Assembly (NCBI GenBank): GCA_036518595.1
Contig: DATDMW010000251.1
Span: 1-36,652, forward strand
DNA: 36,652 nucleotides
Source: Burkholderiales bacterium
Lineage (GTDB): Bacteria > Pseudomonadota > Gammaproteobacteria > Burkholderiales > SG8-39
Reading direction: 5' to 3'
Positions 1 through 8,231 of this stretch are shown in pieces. Within the stretch, counting starts at the first letter, position 1. Every line of letters begins with the position of its first letter. A model generated the notes under the pieces. It did no database searches. It saw only the letters and a list, made by a program, of their open reading frames with translations, and had not been told where the DNA came from. A program made the position numbers and the translations under genes.

Positions 1-124
1 CGAGCCGAACGATCTCGCGGTCCGACCGGGTGTCGCGGGTCTCCGCGACCGATAAGGGAACGACGCTCGCGAGCACGGTCAGGACGCCGGCCGCGGTCAA
101 CAGCACCTGCGATGGCTTGTACAT
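1..124 (-). CDS. 5' end of an exported hypothetical protein (partial, runs off the window)
   Basis: Minus-strand ATG at 124-122, with GAGG about 6 nt upstream. It translates to MYKPSQVLLTAAGVLTVLASVVPLSVAETRDTRSDREIVRL, a signal-peptide-like N terminus. Only 41 codons are visible and the ORF is too short for the ORF track. Confidence 0.35.
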   Translation of the reverse strand, partial: MYKPSQVLLTAAGVLTVLASVVPLSVAETRDTRSDREIVRL

Positions 125-312
125 GGACGACCTCGCGTGAGGGAGAGGGACTGGGACTGTCGCCTGCGTTAGAGGGCGCGCCGGGGCGCCGGTTTTCGCG
201 GCGGCACGCGGGCGCCGGCACTAGTTCACGCCGGGCGGTGCGCAGGCGCGTGCGCGACGTCGTCGCAGGGCGACAGCGGCGCGGTTACAATGCGGGCCCC
301 GGGATCGACGAC

Positions 313-1629
313 ATGGACCGCTCTCCGCAGCAGCTCGCGCGCAACGTAACGCGCCTTTCGCGGCTCGACCTTCCGGGCGCGGGCCAGGTCTGCGTCGCAG
401 GCGACTCCGCCTACGTCGGCCATATCCCGAACACGAAGCGCCTGGGCACCTCGATCCTCGACGTCTCGGACCCGCGCAGCCCGCGCGTGGTGTCGCAGAT
501 CTTTCTCGACGACCCCGACACGCACAGCCACAAGGCGCGCGTGATCGGGGACGTCATGATCGTGAATGCCGAGCGCAACATGACGGCGATCGGCCGCAAG
601 GCCGAGCAGCTGCCGCTGGCGCGCGCGGAGCTGCGCGCCGCGCTCGGGCGCGAGCCGACGCACGAGGAGCTCGCGGCGAAGATCGGGATCGCCGCCGCCG
701 ACATTCCCGCGGTCGAGCACGCCGAGCGCAACCCGTACGGGGGCGGCGGCTTTCGCGTCTACGACGTCTCGGACCGCGCGAAGCCGAGGCTGATCGGGTT
801 CCAGCGGACCGGAGGCATCGGCGTGCACCGCTTCGACATGGACACGCGCTACGCCTACATCTCGACCGAGATGGCGGGCTACGTCGGCAACATCCTCGTC
901 ATCTACGACATCGCCGACCCGGCGCGGCCGCGCGAAGTGGCGCGCTGGTGGATGCCGGGCCAGCATCTCGCGGGCGGCGAGACGCCGGCATGGGTCGGCA
1001 AGCGTAACCGCCTGCACCACGCGCTGCGCAGCGGCGATCGCCTCTGGGCCGGCTGCTGGCAGGCCGGGTTGCGCGTGATCGACGTCTCCGACATCGGCGC
1101 CCCGCGCACGATCGGCGAGTACAACTATCACCCGCCGTACCCGGAGCCCTCGCACACGTTCATGGACGTGCCCTTTCCCGTCGCCGGCCGCAGGATCGCG
1201 CTCGCGATCGACGAGGAGGACCACGCTGCGAGCCGCGACGAGATGGAGCGCCGCCGCGGCCGGCCGCACGCCTGTCTGTGGGTGTTCGACGTGAGCGACG
1301 TCGCCGACATGAAGCCGCTCGCACGCTACGAGGTGAGCGAGCTCGACTCGCCCTGGAGCCGCGCCGCCCCGGGGCGCTTCGGCGCGCACCAGTTCCGCGA
1401 GAAGATGGACGGGACGCTGGTCTACTGCGCCTGGTTCGCAGGCGGCCTGCGCGTCGTCGACGTCGCCGACCCGCTCGCGCCGCGCGAGGTCGGCTTCTTC
1501 ATCCCGGAGCCGGCGCCGGGCCGGGTCGCGCCGCAGACGAACGACGTCGACCTCGACGGCCGCGGTCTGATCTACATCGTCGACCGCTACGCCGGGCTCG
1601 ACGTCCTCGAGCTCACTCCACCCCGTTAG
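313..1629 (+). CDS. LVIVD-repeat beta-propeller protein, no signal peptide
   Basis: ORF 112..1629. Recurrent blade motifs are ILDVSDPRSP, FRVYDVSDRAKP, LVIYDIADPARP, LRVIDVSDIGAP, LWVFDVSDVADMKP, LRVVDVADPLAP and GLDVLEL. Start set at ATG 313 because the upstream 67 codons are Arg/Gly-rich and not protein-like. Confidence 0.75.
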   Translation: MDRSPQQLARNVTRLSRLDLPGAGQVCVAGDSAYVGHIPNTKRLGTSILDVSDPRSPRVVSQIFLDDPDTHSHKARVIGDVMIVNAERNMTAIGRKAEQLPLARAELRAALGREPTHEELAAKIGIAAADIPAVEHAERNPYGGGGFRVYDVSDRAKPRLIGFQRTGGIGVHRFDMDTRYAYISTEMAGYVGNILVIYDIADPARPREVARWWMPGQHLAGGETPAWVGKRNRLHHALRSGDRLWAGCWQAGLRVIDVSDIGAPRTIGEYNYHPPYPEPSHTFMDVPFPVAGRRIALAIDEEDHAASRDEMERRRGRPHACLWVFDVSDVADMKPLARYEVSELDSPWSRAAPGRFGAHQFREKMDGTLVYCAWFAGGLRVVDVADPLAPREVGFFIPEPAPGRVAPQTNDVDLDGRGLIYIVDRYAGLDVLELTPPR

Positions 1630-2347
1630 CGGCGAAGTCGCGCTTCGCGGCCGGCGTGCCGAGATAGCGCACGAACGCGCGCGCCACGTCCGAGGAAGCG
1701 GCCGCGACCGCCGAGTAGCTCGTGTAGTTCTGAACTTCGGCCGGCAGCGGGCCGACGAGCTTCAGCCCTTTCGGCTCGAACAGCCTGATCTCGGTCATGG
1801 CGCCGAAACCGATCTCGTTGCCCCGGCCTTTGATCACGTGCTCGAGGACCTGCGCGCCGTTCGCGTAGCGCGTGGTCTTCGGTTTCAGCTGCTCGCCGAT
1901 TCCCATCCGGTCGAACAGCCTCTCCAGATACAGGCCGGAAGACGCCTGGTTGTAGACGACCGAGTCGGCGCGCAGCAGCGCCTGCCTCAGCTCGTCGACG
2001 CTGCCGATCGCGGGCGCCGGCGCGCCGGAGCGCACCGTGATACCGACACCCACGCGGCCCGCGGGGACGTGTCCTTCGCCGCTCACTTTGCCCGCCTTCG
2101 CGAGCTCGTCGAGCACGGCGGGGGGCGCGATCACGACGTCGAAGCGCTCGCCCTCGGCAACGCGCTTGCGGATCTGCGGCGCTGTGTTGAAGGTGACGTG
2201 GACCTTGTGGCCGGACTGCTTTTCGAACGCCGCAGCGACGGCTTCGAGCCCCGGCTCGATCGCACCGCCGCTGATGACTTTGATCTCGGCCGCCTCGCTC
2301 GCCGCGGCGACTCCGGCGACCAGGCACATTGCGAGCCATTCCTTCAT
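1613..2347 (-). CDS. Periplasmic substrate-binding protein, ModA-like (type 2 PBP), orphan
   Basis: Signal peptide MKEWLAMCLVAGVAAASEA. The layout is ModA-like: IKVISGGAIEPGLEAVAAAFEKQSGHKVHVTFNTAPQI...FDVVIAPP. GAGGAGA Shine-Dalgarno upstream. The 3' end overlaps the LVIVD gene by 17 nt. Confidence 0.7.
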   Translation of the reverse strand: MKEWLAMCLVAGVAAASEAAEIKVISGGAIEPGLEAVAAAFEKQSGHKVHVTFNTAPQIRKRVAEGERFDVVIAPPAVLDELAKAGKVSGEGHVPAGRVGVGITVRSGAPAPAIGSVDELRQALLRADSVVYNQASSGLYLERLFDRMGIGEQLKPKTTRYANGAQVLEHVIKGRGNEIGFGAMTEIRLFEPKGLKLVGPLPAEVQNYTSYSAVAAASSDVARAFVRYLGTPAAKRDFAANGVE

Positions 2348-2362
2348 CGTCCGTCTCCTCGC

Positions 2363-3331
2363 TCAGTCGGCGCGCGCGCCGGAGTCCTTGACCACCTTGC
2401 TCCATTTCGGGATCTCCGCCGCGATGTACTGCGCGAAGTCGCTCGGCGTGCCCGAGGCGACCTCGGCGCCCAGCGACTCGAGCCGCTCGCGCAGGTCGCG
2501 CTCGCCGAGCGCCGCGACGATGTCGCGGTTCAGGCGCTCGACGAGCGCGGCCGGGGTCGCGGCCGGCACGACGACGCCGTGCCAGGTGATCGCCTCGAAT
2601 CCCGGCACGCCCGCCTCGGCGACCGTCGGAAGGTCCGGCACGCTCGGCGAGCGCCGGGCCGTCGTCACGGCGAGCGCGCGCAGTCGCCCGGCCCTGATGT
2701 ACGGGATCACCGATGCCGACGTGGCGAACATGAGCTGCGCCTGGCCGGCGATGACGTCGGTGAGCGCGGGCTGCGCGCCCTTGTACGGCACGTGCACCAT
2801 GTCGACGCCCGTCATGGCCTTGAACAGCTCGGCCGCGAGGTGCGCGGCGGCGCCGCTGCCCGAGGACGCGTAGTTGAGCTGACCGGGCTTCGATTTCGCG
2901 AGCGCGATCAACTCGCGCACCGAGCGGACGGGGAGCTGCGGATTGACCACCAGGATATTGGGCTGGATCGCGACCAGCGCGACCGGCGCGAAATCCTTCT
3001 CCGGGTCGTAGGCGAGGGAGCGGTACAGGCTCCGGTTGGTCGCGAGGATCGAGTTGTTGCCGAGCAGCCAGGTGTAGCCGTCGGCGGGCGCGCGCGCGAC
3101 CGCCTCGGCGGCGACGTTGCCGCCCGCACCGGGCCGGTTCTCGACGACGACCTGAGAGCGCCACGTGTCGGCGAGCTTCTGCCCGAGCGCGCGTGCCAGG
3201 ATGTCGCTCGGCCCGCCGGGCGTGAAGCCGACGACGAAGCGCACCGGCTTCTGGGGAAACGCGCCCTGCGCGAGCGCGCCCGCGGACGCGAGGGCGAGGA
3301 CGAGGACGGCGAGCGGGCGCGAGCGGGGCAT
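2363..3331 (-). CDS. Bug/TctC-family tripartite tricarboxylate transporter substrate-binding protein
   Basis: Internal ATG at 3331 of ORF 2363..3760. Signal peptide MPRSRPLAVLVLALASAGALAQG, then the family signatures FPQKPVRFVVGFTPGGPSD and ENRPGAGGNV. Confidence 0.9.
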   Translation of the reverse strand: MPRSRPLAVLVLALASAGALAQGAFPQKPVRFVVGFTPGGPSDILARALGQKLADTWRSQVVVENRPGAGGNVAAEAVARAPADGYTWLLGNNSILATNRSLYRSLAYDPEKDFAPVALVAIQPNILVVNPQLPVRSVRELIALAKSKPGQLNYASSGSGAAAHLAAELFKAMTGVDMVHVPYKGAQPALTDVIAGQAQLMFATSASVIPYIRAGRLRALAVTTARRSPSVPDLPTVAEAGVPGFEAITWHGVVVPAATPAALVERLNRDIVAALGERDLRERLESLGAEVASGTPSDFAQYIAAEIPKWSKVVKDSGARAD

Positions 3332-3371
3332 GTCCTTATCATATCGGGCGCGGGTAGAATGCGCTGCGAAG

Positions 3372-4766
3372 ATGGCCGGCCGAACTCCGCCGCAAGTTTC
3401 CGAAGTGATGCGCACGCTCGCCGCGTACATCGCGCGCGCGCCGCGCCGCGCGCTTCCTGCGGCGGTCGCCGAGAAAACCAAGCACCACCTCCTCGATACC
3501 CTCGCGGCCATGATCTCCGGCTCGCGCCTGCTGCCCGGGAGGCAGGCGATCGCCTTCGCCAGGACGCAGGGCGGCGCGAAAGAAGCCTGCATCGCGGGCA
3601 GCCGCATCGTCACCAGCGCGGTGAACGCCGCGCTCGCGAACGGGATGCTCGCGCACGCCGACGAGACCGACGACTCGCACGCGGCCTCGCTCACGCATCC
3701 CGGGTGCGGCGTGGTGCCGGGAGCGCTCGCCATGGCGGAGCGCGAGCGGGCCGGCGGCACGGCGTTGCTGCGCGCGGTGGCGCTCGGTTACGACGTGTGC
3801 GCGCGGCTCACGCTGTCGCTCGATCCGTACCAGTTCCGCGAGGACGGGCACTCGACGCACAGCTTCGGGCCGACGTTCGGCGCGGCCGCGGCGGCGGGCG
3901 CGCTCGTCGGGCTGCGCGAGCCGCAGGTGCGCCACCTGCTCTCGTACGCGGCGCAGCAGGCGTCGGGTGTCTCGTGCTGGATGCGCGACGAGCGGCACGT
4001 CGAGAAGGCCTTCGACTTCGGCGGCATGCCGGCGCGCAACGGCGTGGCGGCGGCCGCGATGGTGGCGCACGGCTTCACCGGCGTCGACGATGTGTTCTCC
4101 GGCGAGCGCAGCTTCTTCGTCGCGTACGGCCGCAAGCCGGACCCGGCGCGCCTCGCAGCGGGCCTGGGCGAGACCTGGGAGATCATGAATGCGTCGATCA
4201 AGCGCTGGTCGGTCGGCTCGCCGATCCAGGCGCCGCTCGATGCGCTCGCGCTGCTGATCGCCGAGCACGGCGTGCGCGCCGCCGACATCGAGCGCGTGGT
4301 CGTGCGCGTCGCGCACCAGGGCGCGAATACCGTGAACGATCGCGCGATGCCCGATATCTGCCTGCAGCACTTGTGCGCGCTGATGCTGATCGACCGCGAC
4401 GTCAGCTTCCGCTCCTCGCACGACGCGAAGCGCATGCGCGACCCGAAGGTGCTCTCGCTGCGCGCGCGCGTCGAGCTGCACGGGGACGACGCGCTGTCGC
4501 GCGCGATGCCGAGCCGGCAGGGCATCGTCGAGCTGCGCTTGCGCGACGGGCGGACGCTCCGTCACCACGCGACCGAAGTGCGCGGCACGCCCGGCAATCC
4601 CATGACCCGCGCCGAGGTCCACGCCAAGGCGCTCGACCTCATCGCACCGGTGACCGGACGCGCGCGCGCCGAGCGACTCTGTGATACGGTTTGGAATATC
4701 GAGCGGCTCCGGGACGTTCGTGCCCTGAGGCCGCTCCTTGCTCATCGACAGGAGACCCCCGCATGA
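3372..4766 (+). CDS. MmgE/PrpD-family protein (2-methylcitrate dehydratase-like)
   Basis: In frame with ORF 3165..4766. Typical PrpD-family N terminus (LAAYIARAP...LPAAVAEKTKHHLLDTLAAMISG) and core (HADETDDSH, HPGCGVVPGALA). Start is either 3372 (MAGRT) or 3408 (MRTLAAY). Confidence 0.85.
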   Translation: MAGRTPPQVSEVMRTLAAYIARAPRRALPAAVAEKTKHHLLDTLAAMISGSRLLPGRQAIAFARTQGGAKEACIAGSRIVTSAVNAALANGMLAHADETDDSHAASLTHPGCGVVPGALAMAERERAGGTALLRAVALGYDVCARLTLSLDPYQFREDGHSTHSFGPTFGAAAAAGALVGLREPQVRHLLSYAAQQASGVSCWMRDERHVEKAFDFGGMPARNGVAAAAMVAHGFTGVDDVFSGERSFFVAYGRKPDPARLAAGLGETWEIMNASIKRWSVGSPIQAPLDALALLIAEHGVRAADIERVVVRVAHQGANTVNDRAMPDICLQHLCALMLIDRDVSFRSSHDAKRMRDPKVLSLRARVELHGDDALSRAMPSRQGIVELRLRDGRTLRHHATEVRGTPGNPMTRAEVHAKALDLIAPVTGRARAERLCDTVWNIERLRDVRALRPLLAHRQETPA

Positions 4767-5224
4767 ATCGCATCGTCCATATCGCGCTCAAGGTCGACGA
4801 CCTCGAGCGCAGCCGTCAGTTCTACGAGAACATCTTCGGCTTCAGGGAGAACAAGACCGAGAAGGTACGCGACCACACGTCGTGCCACCTCTCCGACGGC
4901 GCGATCGACCTCTCGATCATGCAGTACGACGCGGGCACGCAGTCGGCGGAATCGAAGGCCGCGGGCGAAGGTCCCTGCATCCACCATTTCGCGGTGGAGG
5001 TGAACGACATGGCAGCCGCGGAGCGTCAGATCCGGGCCTTCGGCTGCGAGATCATCAGCGACCCGGGCGTGGTCCCCGTGAAGTTCAGAGCACCGGGCGG
5101 CACCGTGTGCGAGATCGTGCCCAAGCTCCGCTACCAAAAGATCAGGAAGGCGGGCCCCAAGGCGAAGGCGAAGTCCAAGGCAAAGGCGAAAGCGAAAGCG
5201 CGCAAGGGCGCGAAGAAGAAGTAG
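4763..5224 (+). CDS. VOC/glyoxalase-family protein with Lys/Ala-rich C-terminal tail
   Basis: ATG 4763 overlaps the upstream stop (ATGA). N terminus MNRIVHIALKVDDLERSRQFYENIFGF and IHHFAVEVND match the glyoxalase/bleomycin-resistance/dioxygenase fold pattern. The tail reads KAKAKSKAKAKAKARKGAKKK. Confidence 0.8.
   Translation: MNRIVHIALKVDDLERSRQFYENIFGFRENKTEKVRDHTSCHLSDGAIDLSIMQYDAGTQSAESKAAGEGPCIHHFAVEVNDMAAAERQIRAFGCEIISDPGVVPVKFRAPGGTVCEIVPKLRYQKIRKAGPKAKAKSKAKAKAKARKGAKKK
5159..5221 (+). repeat. Imperfect in-frame AAGGCG-type hexanucleotide repeat encoding (KA)n
   Basis: aag gcg aag gcg aag tcc aag gca aag gcg aaa gcg aaa gcg cgc aag ggc gcg aag aag aag. Confidence 0.85.
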
Positions 5225-5248
5225 AAGGCGGCGCCGAGGAGGAGGAGC

Positions 5249-5725
5249 ATGGAAGAGACGTCGGAGAAATCCTCCGACTTGTGGGCCGGGCTCGCGCTCG
5301 CGGCGCTCGGCGTCTACATCGTCGTCCAGGCCGCCCAGTGGGAGTACATCGGGCCCGACGGGCCGGGCCCGGGTTTCTTCCCCTTGTGGTACGGCATCGC
5401 GATGGTGGTCCTGTCCGCGGCGCTGGTCTTCGTCGGCGTACGGGCGCGCCGCGCGCGGGCTGCGGCCGCGAGCGCGCTGTTTCCGTGGGCGCGGATCGGG
5501 CGCGCGCTGCTGGTGTGGCTCGCGTTCGCCGTGTCCGTCGCGCTCTCCGAGGTGCTCGGCTTCACGATCAGCTTCGGCCTCCTGTGCTTCTTCATCGTCG
5601 CGGTGATGTACCGGCGGCCTCTCAAGGTCGCGGCGGCGGTGGCGGTCGCGAGCGCCCTCGGCTTCTACACGGTGTTCCCGCTGGCGCTCGGCGTATCGCT
5701 GCCCACGGGTTGGGTCGGGTTCTAG
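5249..5725 (+). CDS. tctB: Tripartite tricarboxylate transporter small membrane subunit TctB
   Basis: 158 aa with four predicted hydrophobic helices. GGAGGAGGAGGAG Shine-Dalgarno upstream. Lies immediately upstream of TctA. Confidence 0.8.
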   Translation: MEETSEKSSDLWAGLALAALGVYIVVQAAQWEYIGPDGPGPGFFPLWYGIAMVVLSAALVFVGVRARRARAAAASALFPWARIGRALLVWLAFAVSVALSEVLGFTISFGLLCFFIVAVMYRRPLKVAAAVAVASALGFYTVFPLALGVSLPTGWVGF

Positions 5726-5726
5726 C

Positions 5727-7241
5727 ATGGAGGTCCTCTCGGGACTCGCCCACGGCTTCGGCGTCGCGCTCGAGCCGGCGAACCTGCTCTGGTGCTTCGT
5801 CGGGGTCTTCCTCGGCACGGTGGTCGGCGTGCTGCCGGGGCTCGGACCGCCGGCGACCGTCGCGATGCTGCTCCCGCTGACCTTCCACATGAACCCGGCG
5901 GGCGCGATCATCATGCTCGCCGGCATCTACTACGGTGCGAAGTACGGCGGGTCGACGACGTCCATCCTGATGAACGTGCCGGGCGAGTCGGCGTCCGTCA
6001 TCACCTGCATCGACGGCTATCAGATGGCGCGCAAGGGCCGTGCCGGCGCCGCGCTCGGCATCGCGGCCATCGCGTCCTTCATCGCGGGCACCGTGGGCGT
6101 GGTGGCGCTGATGCTGGTCGCGCCGCCGGTCGCGCGCTTCGCGCTCTCGTTCAGCTCGCCGGAATATTTCGGGCTGATGTCGCTCGGCCTGGCGCTGGTC
6201 GTGCTGCTCGCCGGCCACTCGCTGCTGAAGGCGCTGCTCGCGGCGCTGCTCGGACTGTGGATCGCGTCGATCGGCACCGACCTGTTCAGCGCCACGTCGC
6301 GCTTCACGTTCGGGCGCGTCGAGCTGCTTTCCGGCGTCGATTTCATCGTGGTCGCGATCGGCGTGTTCGCGCTCGGCGAGGTCTTCGCCAACATGGAGAA
6401 GGAGGACGACGCGCAGCTCCTGCCCGTGCCGAAAGGGCTGAGGAACCTGCTGCCGACGATGCAGGACATGAAGGACTGCCGCTTCGCGTTCCTGAACGGC
6501 TCGGTCGTCGGCTTCCTCGTGGGGGCGCTCCCCGGGGGCGGCTCGACGATCGCGTCGTTCCTGTCCTACGGGCTGGAGAAGGCGGTGTCGCGGCGCCGCG
6601 AGCAGTTCGGCACCGGCGTGATCGAGGGCGTGGCCGCGCCCGAAGGCGCGAACAACTCGGAGACGGGCGGCGCGCTCGTGCCGCTGCTCACGCTCGGCAT
6701 CCCGGGCTCGGGCACGACCGCGATCCTGCTCGCGGCGCTCGTGCTCTGGGGCTTCAAGCCCGGGCCGCTGTTCATCCCGGAGAACCCGGCGCTCTTCTGG
6801 GGACTGGTCGCGAGCATGTACATCGGCAACGTAATGCTGCTCGTGCTCAACCTGCCGCTCGTGCCGGTGTTCGCGCAGGTGCTGAGGACGCCGACGTATA
6901 TCCTGTTCCCGATCATCCTCGGCGTGTCGCTGGTGGGCGTCTACAGCGTCTCGGGCAGCATGTTCGACCTGCTGCTCCTGTGCTTCTTCGGACTGCTCGG
7001 CTACCTCATGCGCAAGCTCGATTTCCCCGCGGCGCCGCTGATCCTCGGGCTCGCGCTCGGCGCGGGCATGGAGCGCGCGCTCCGGCAATCGCTGATGATG
7101 TCGGGCGGCCAGCTCTCGATTCTCGTGTCGCGGCCGATCTCGGCCGCGATGCTGGCGCTGGCATTGGTGGTCCTGCTCATCCCGCTCGTCGGCAAGGCGA
7201 ACGCCTGGCGCGTGCGGGCGATCGACCAGGAACAGGCCTGA
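5727..7241 (+). CDS. tctA: Tripartite tricarboxylate transporter large permease TctA
   Basis: 504 aa polytopic membrane protein. TctA-type motifs include GVLPGLGP, YYGAKYGGSTTSILMN(V)PGE and GALPGGGSTIASF. Confidence 0.9.
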   Translation: MEVLSGLAHGFGVALEPANLLWCFVGVFLGTVVGVLPGLGPPATVAMLLPLTFHMNPAGAIIMLAGIYYGAKYGGSTTSILMNVPGESASVITCIDGYQMARKGRAGAALGIAAIASFIAGTVGVVALMLVAPPVARFALSFSSPEYFGLMSLGLALVVLLAGHSLLKALLAALLGLWIASIGTDLFSATSRFTFGRVELLSGVDFIVVAIGVFALGEVFANMEKEDDAQLLPVPKGLRNLLPTMQDMKDCRFAFLNGSVVGFLVGALPGGGSTIASFLSYGLEKAVSRRREQFGTGVIEGVAAPEGANNSETGGALVPLLTLGIPGSGTTAILLAALVLWGFKPGPLFIPENPALFWGLVASMYIGNVMLLVLNLPLVPVFAQVLRTPTYILFPIILGVSLVGVYSVSGSMFDLLLLCFFGLLGYLMRKLDFPAAPLILGLALGAGMERALRQSLMMSGGQLSILVSRPISAAMLALALVVLLIPLVGKANAWRVRAIDQEQA

Positions 7242-7259
7242 GGAAAAGGAGGAAGCACG

Positions 7260-8231
7260 ATGAGAAAGTACTGGTATTACGCAATCGCGGCGGCGCTCGC
7301 CTGCGCCGCCACCGCGCACGCGCAGGGCTACAAGCCGACGCGGCCGGTGGAGCTGGTGGTGCACACCGGCCCGGGCGGCGGCAGCGACGTGCTCGCGCGC
7401 GCGGTCGCCGTCATGTTCGAGCGAGAGAAGCTGGTCCCGGTGCGCGTGAACGTCGTCAACAAGACCGGCGGCAACGGCAACGTCGCGATCGCGTACCTGG
7501 CCGAGAAGAAGGGCGACCTGAACACCATCGGGTTCTTCACCGGGGCTCAGCTCACCAGCTACCTGGTCAGCAAGGAAGCGCAGGTCACGATACGCGACCT
7601 CACGCCGGTCGCGCGCCTGGTGCTCGAGCCGGCGGTCATCGCCGTCAAAGCCGACTCGCCGTACAAGACGCTGCGCGATTTCGTCGACGCGGCTAAGAAG
7701 AACCCGGGCCAGCTCAAGCAGTCGGGCGGCTCGATCACGAGCCGCGACAACGTCGTGCGCGAGCTGCTGCAGAAGGCTTCGGGCGCCCGCTGGGCCTACA
7801 TCTCGTTTCCGGGCGGCGGCGAGCGCATTGCGGCGCTCCTGGGCGGTCACGTCAACATGATGGTGATCGAGCCCGAGGAGGCGGGCGAGCACATCCGCGC
7901 GGGCAACATGCGGGTGCTCGCGCAGGTCTCGGAAAAGCGTCTCGCGCGCTTCCCGAACGTGCCGACGCTCAAGGAGGCGGGTTTCGACGTGCCGGTGGTG
8001 CCGCAGGTGCGCGGCGTCGTGGCGCCGCCCGGCATCCCGGAGGCGAACGTGCGCTACTGGGAGGACGTGTTCAAGCGCCTGACCCAGACCGCCTCGTTCA
8101 GGAAGTACGTCGAGGAAAACCAGTTCGAGATGGGCTACCTCGACGGCGCCGGCCTCGTGAAGTTCATGGACAGCTACTTCGACCAGATGCGCTCGATCCT
8201 GAAGGACGCCGGGGTCAAGACCGTGCGCTGA
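7260..8231 (+). CDS. tctC: Bug/TctC-family substrate-binding protein
   Basis: AAGGAGG Shine-Dalgarno. Signal peptide MRKYWYYAIAAALACAATAHAQG, then KPTRPVELVVHTGPGGGSD. Lies adjacent to tctBA. Confidence 0.9.
   Translation: MRKYWYYAIAAALACAATAHAQGYKPTRPVELVVHTGPGGGSDVLARAVAVMFEREKLVPVRVNVVNKTGGNGNVAIAYLAEKKGDLNTIGFFTGAQLTSYLVSKEAQVTIRDLTPVARLVLEPAVIAVKADSPYKTLRDFVDAAKKNPGQLKQSGGSITSRDNVVRELLQKASGARWAYISFPGGGERIAALLGGHVNMMVIEPEEAGEHIRAGNMRVLAQVSEKRLARFPNVPTLKEAGFDVPVVPQVRGVVAPPGIPEANVRYWEDVFKRLTQTASFRKYVEENQFEMGYLDGAGLVKFMDSYFDQMRSILKDAGVKTVR

Noticed and set aside
112-312. N-terminal extensions offered by the ORF track (112-312 here; also 3332-3760, 14188-15249, 17379-17714, 26567-26752 and 28781-28888)
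   Set aside because: The extended parts are Arg-rich and non-protein-like, and they overlap the upstream gene. Internal ATG or GTG starts give proper signal peptides or family-typical N termini, with Shine-Dalgarno sequences or stop-start coupling.
1838-4684. 948-aa plus-strand ORF, with the companion long ORFs 1626..3164(-) and 3339..4745(-)
   Set aside because: The translations are Arg/Ala/Gly/Pro/Asp-dominated low-complexity strings typical of off-frame reading in very GC-rich DNA. They lie entirely over well-supported binding-protein and PrpD genes and have no recognisable motifs.
5159-5221. Lys/Ala repeat as a phase-variable slipped-strand switch, or as a separate histone-like gene
   Set aside because: The unit is an imperfect hexamer, so slippage would stay in frame. 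There is no independent start or Shine-Dalgarno, and it is contiguous with the VOC reading frame.
5622-7892. 756-aa minus-strand ORF antisense to tctA/tctC
   Set aside because: Extremely Arg/Glu/Asp/His-rich with no hydrophobic core pattern. It is the mirror frame of a confidently identified polytopic TctA permease.
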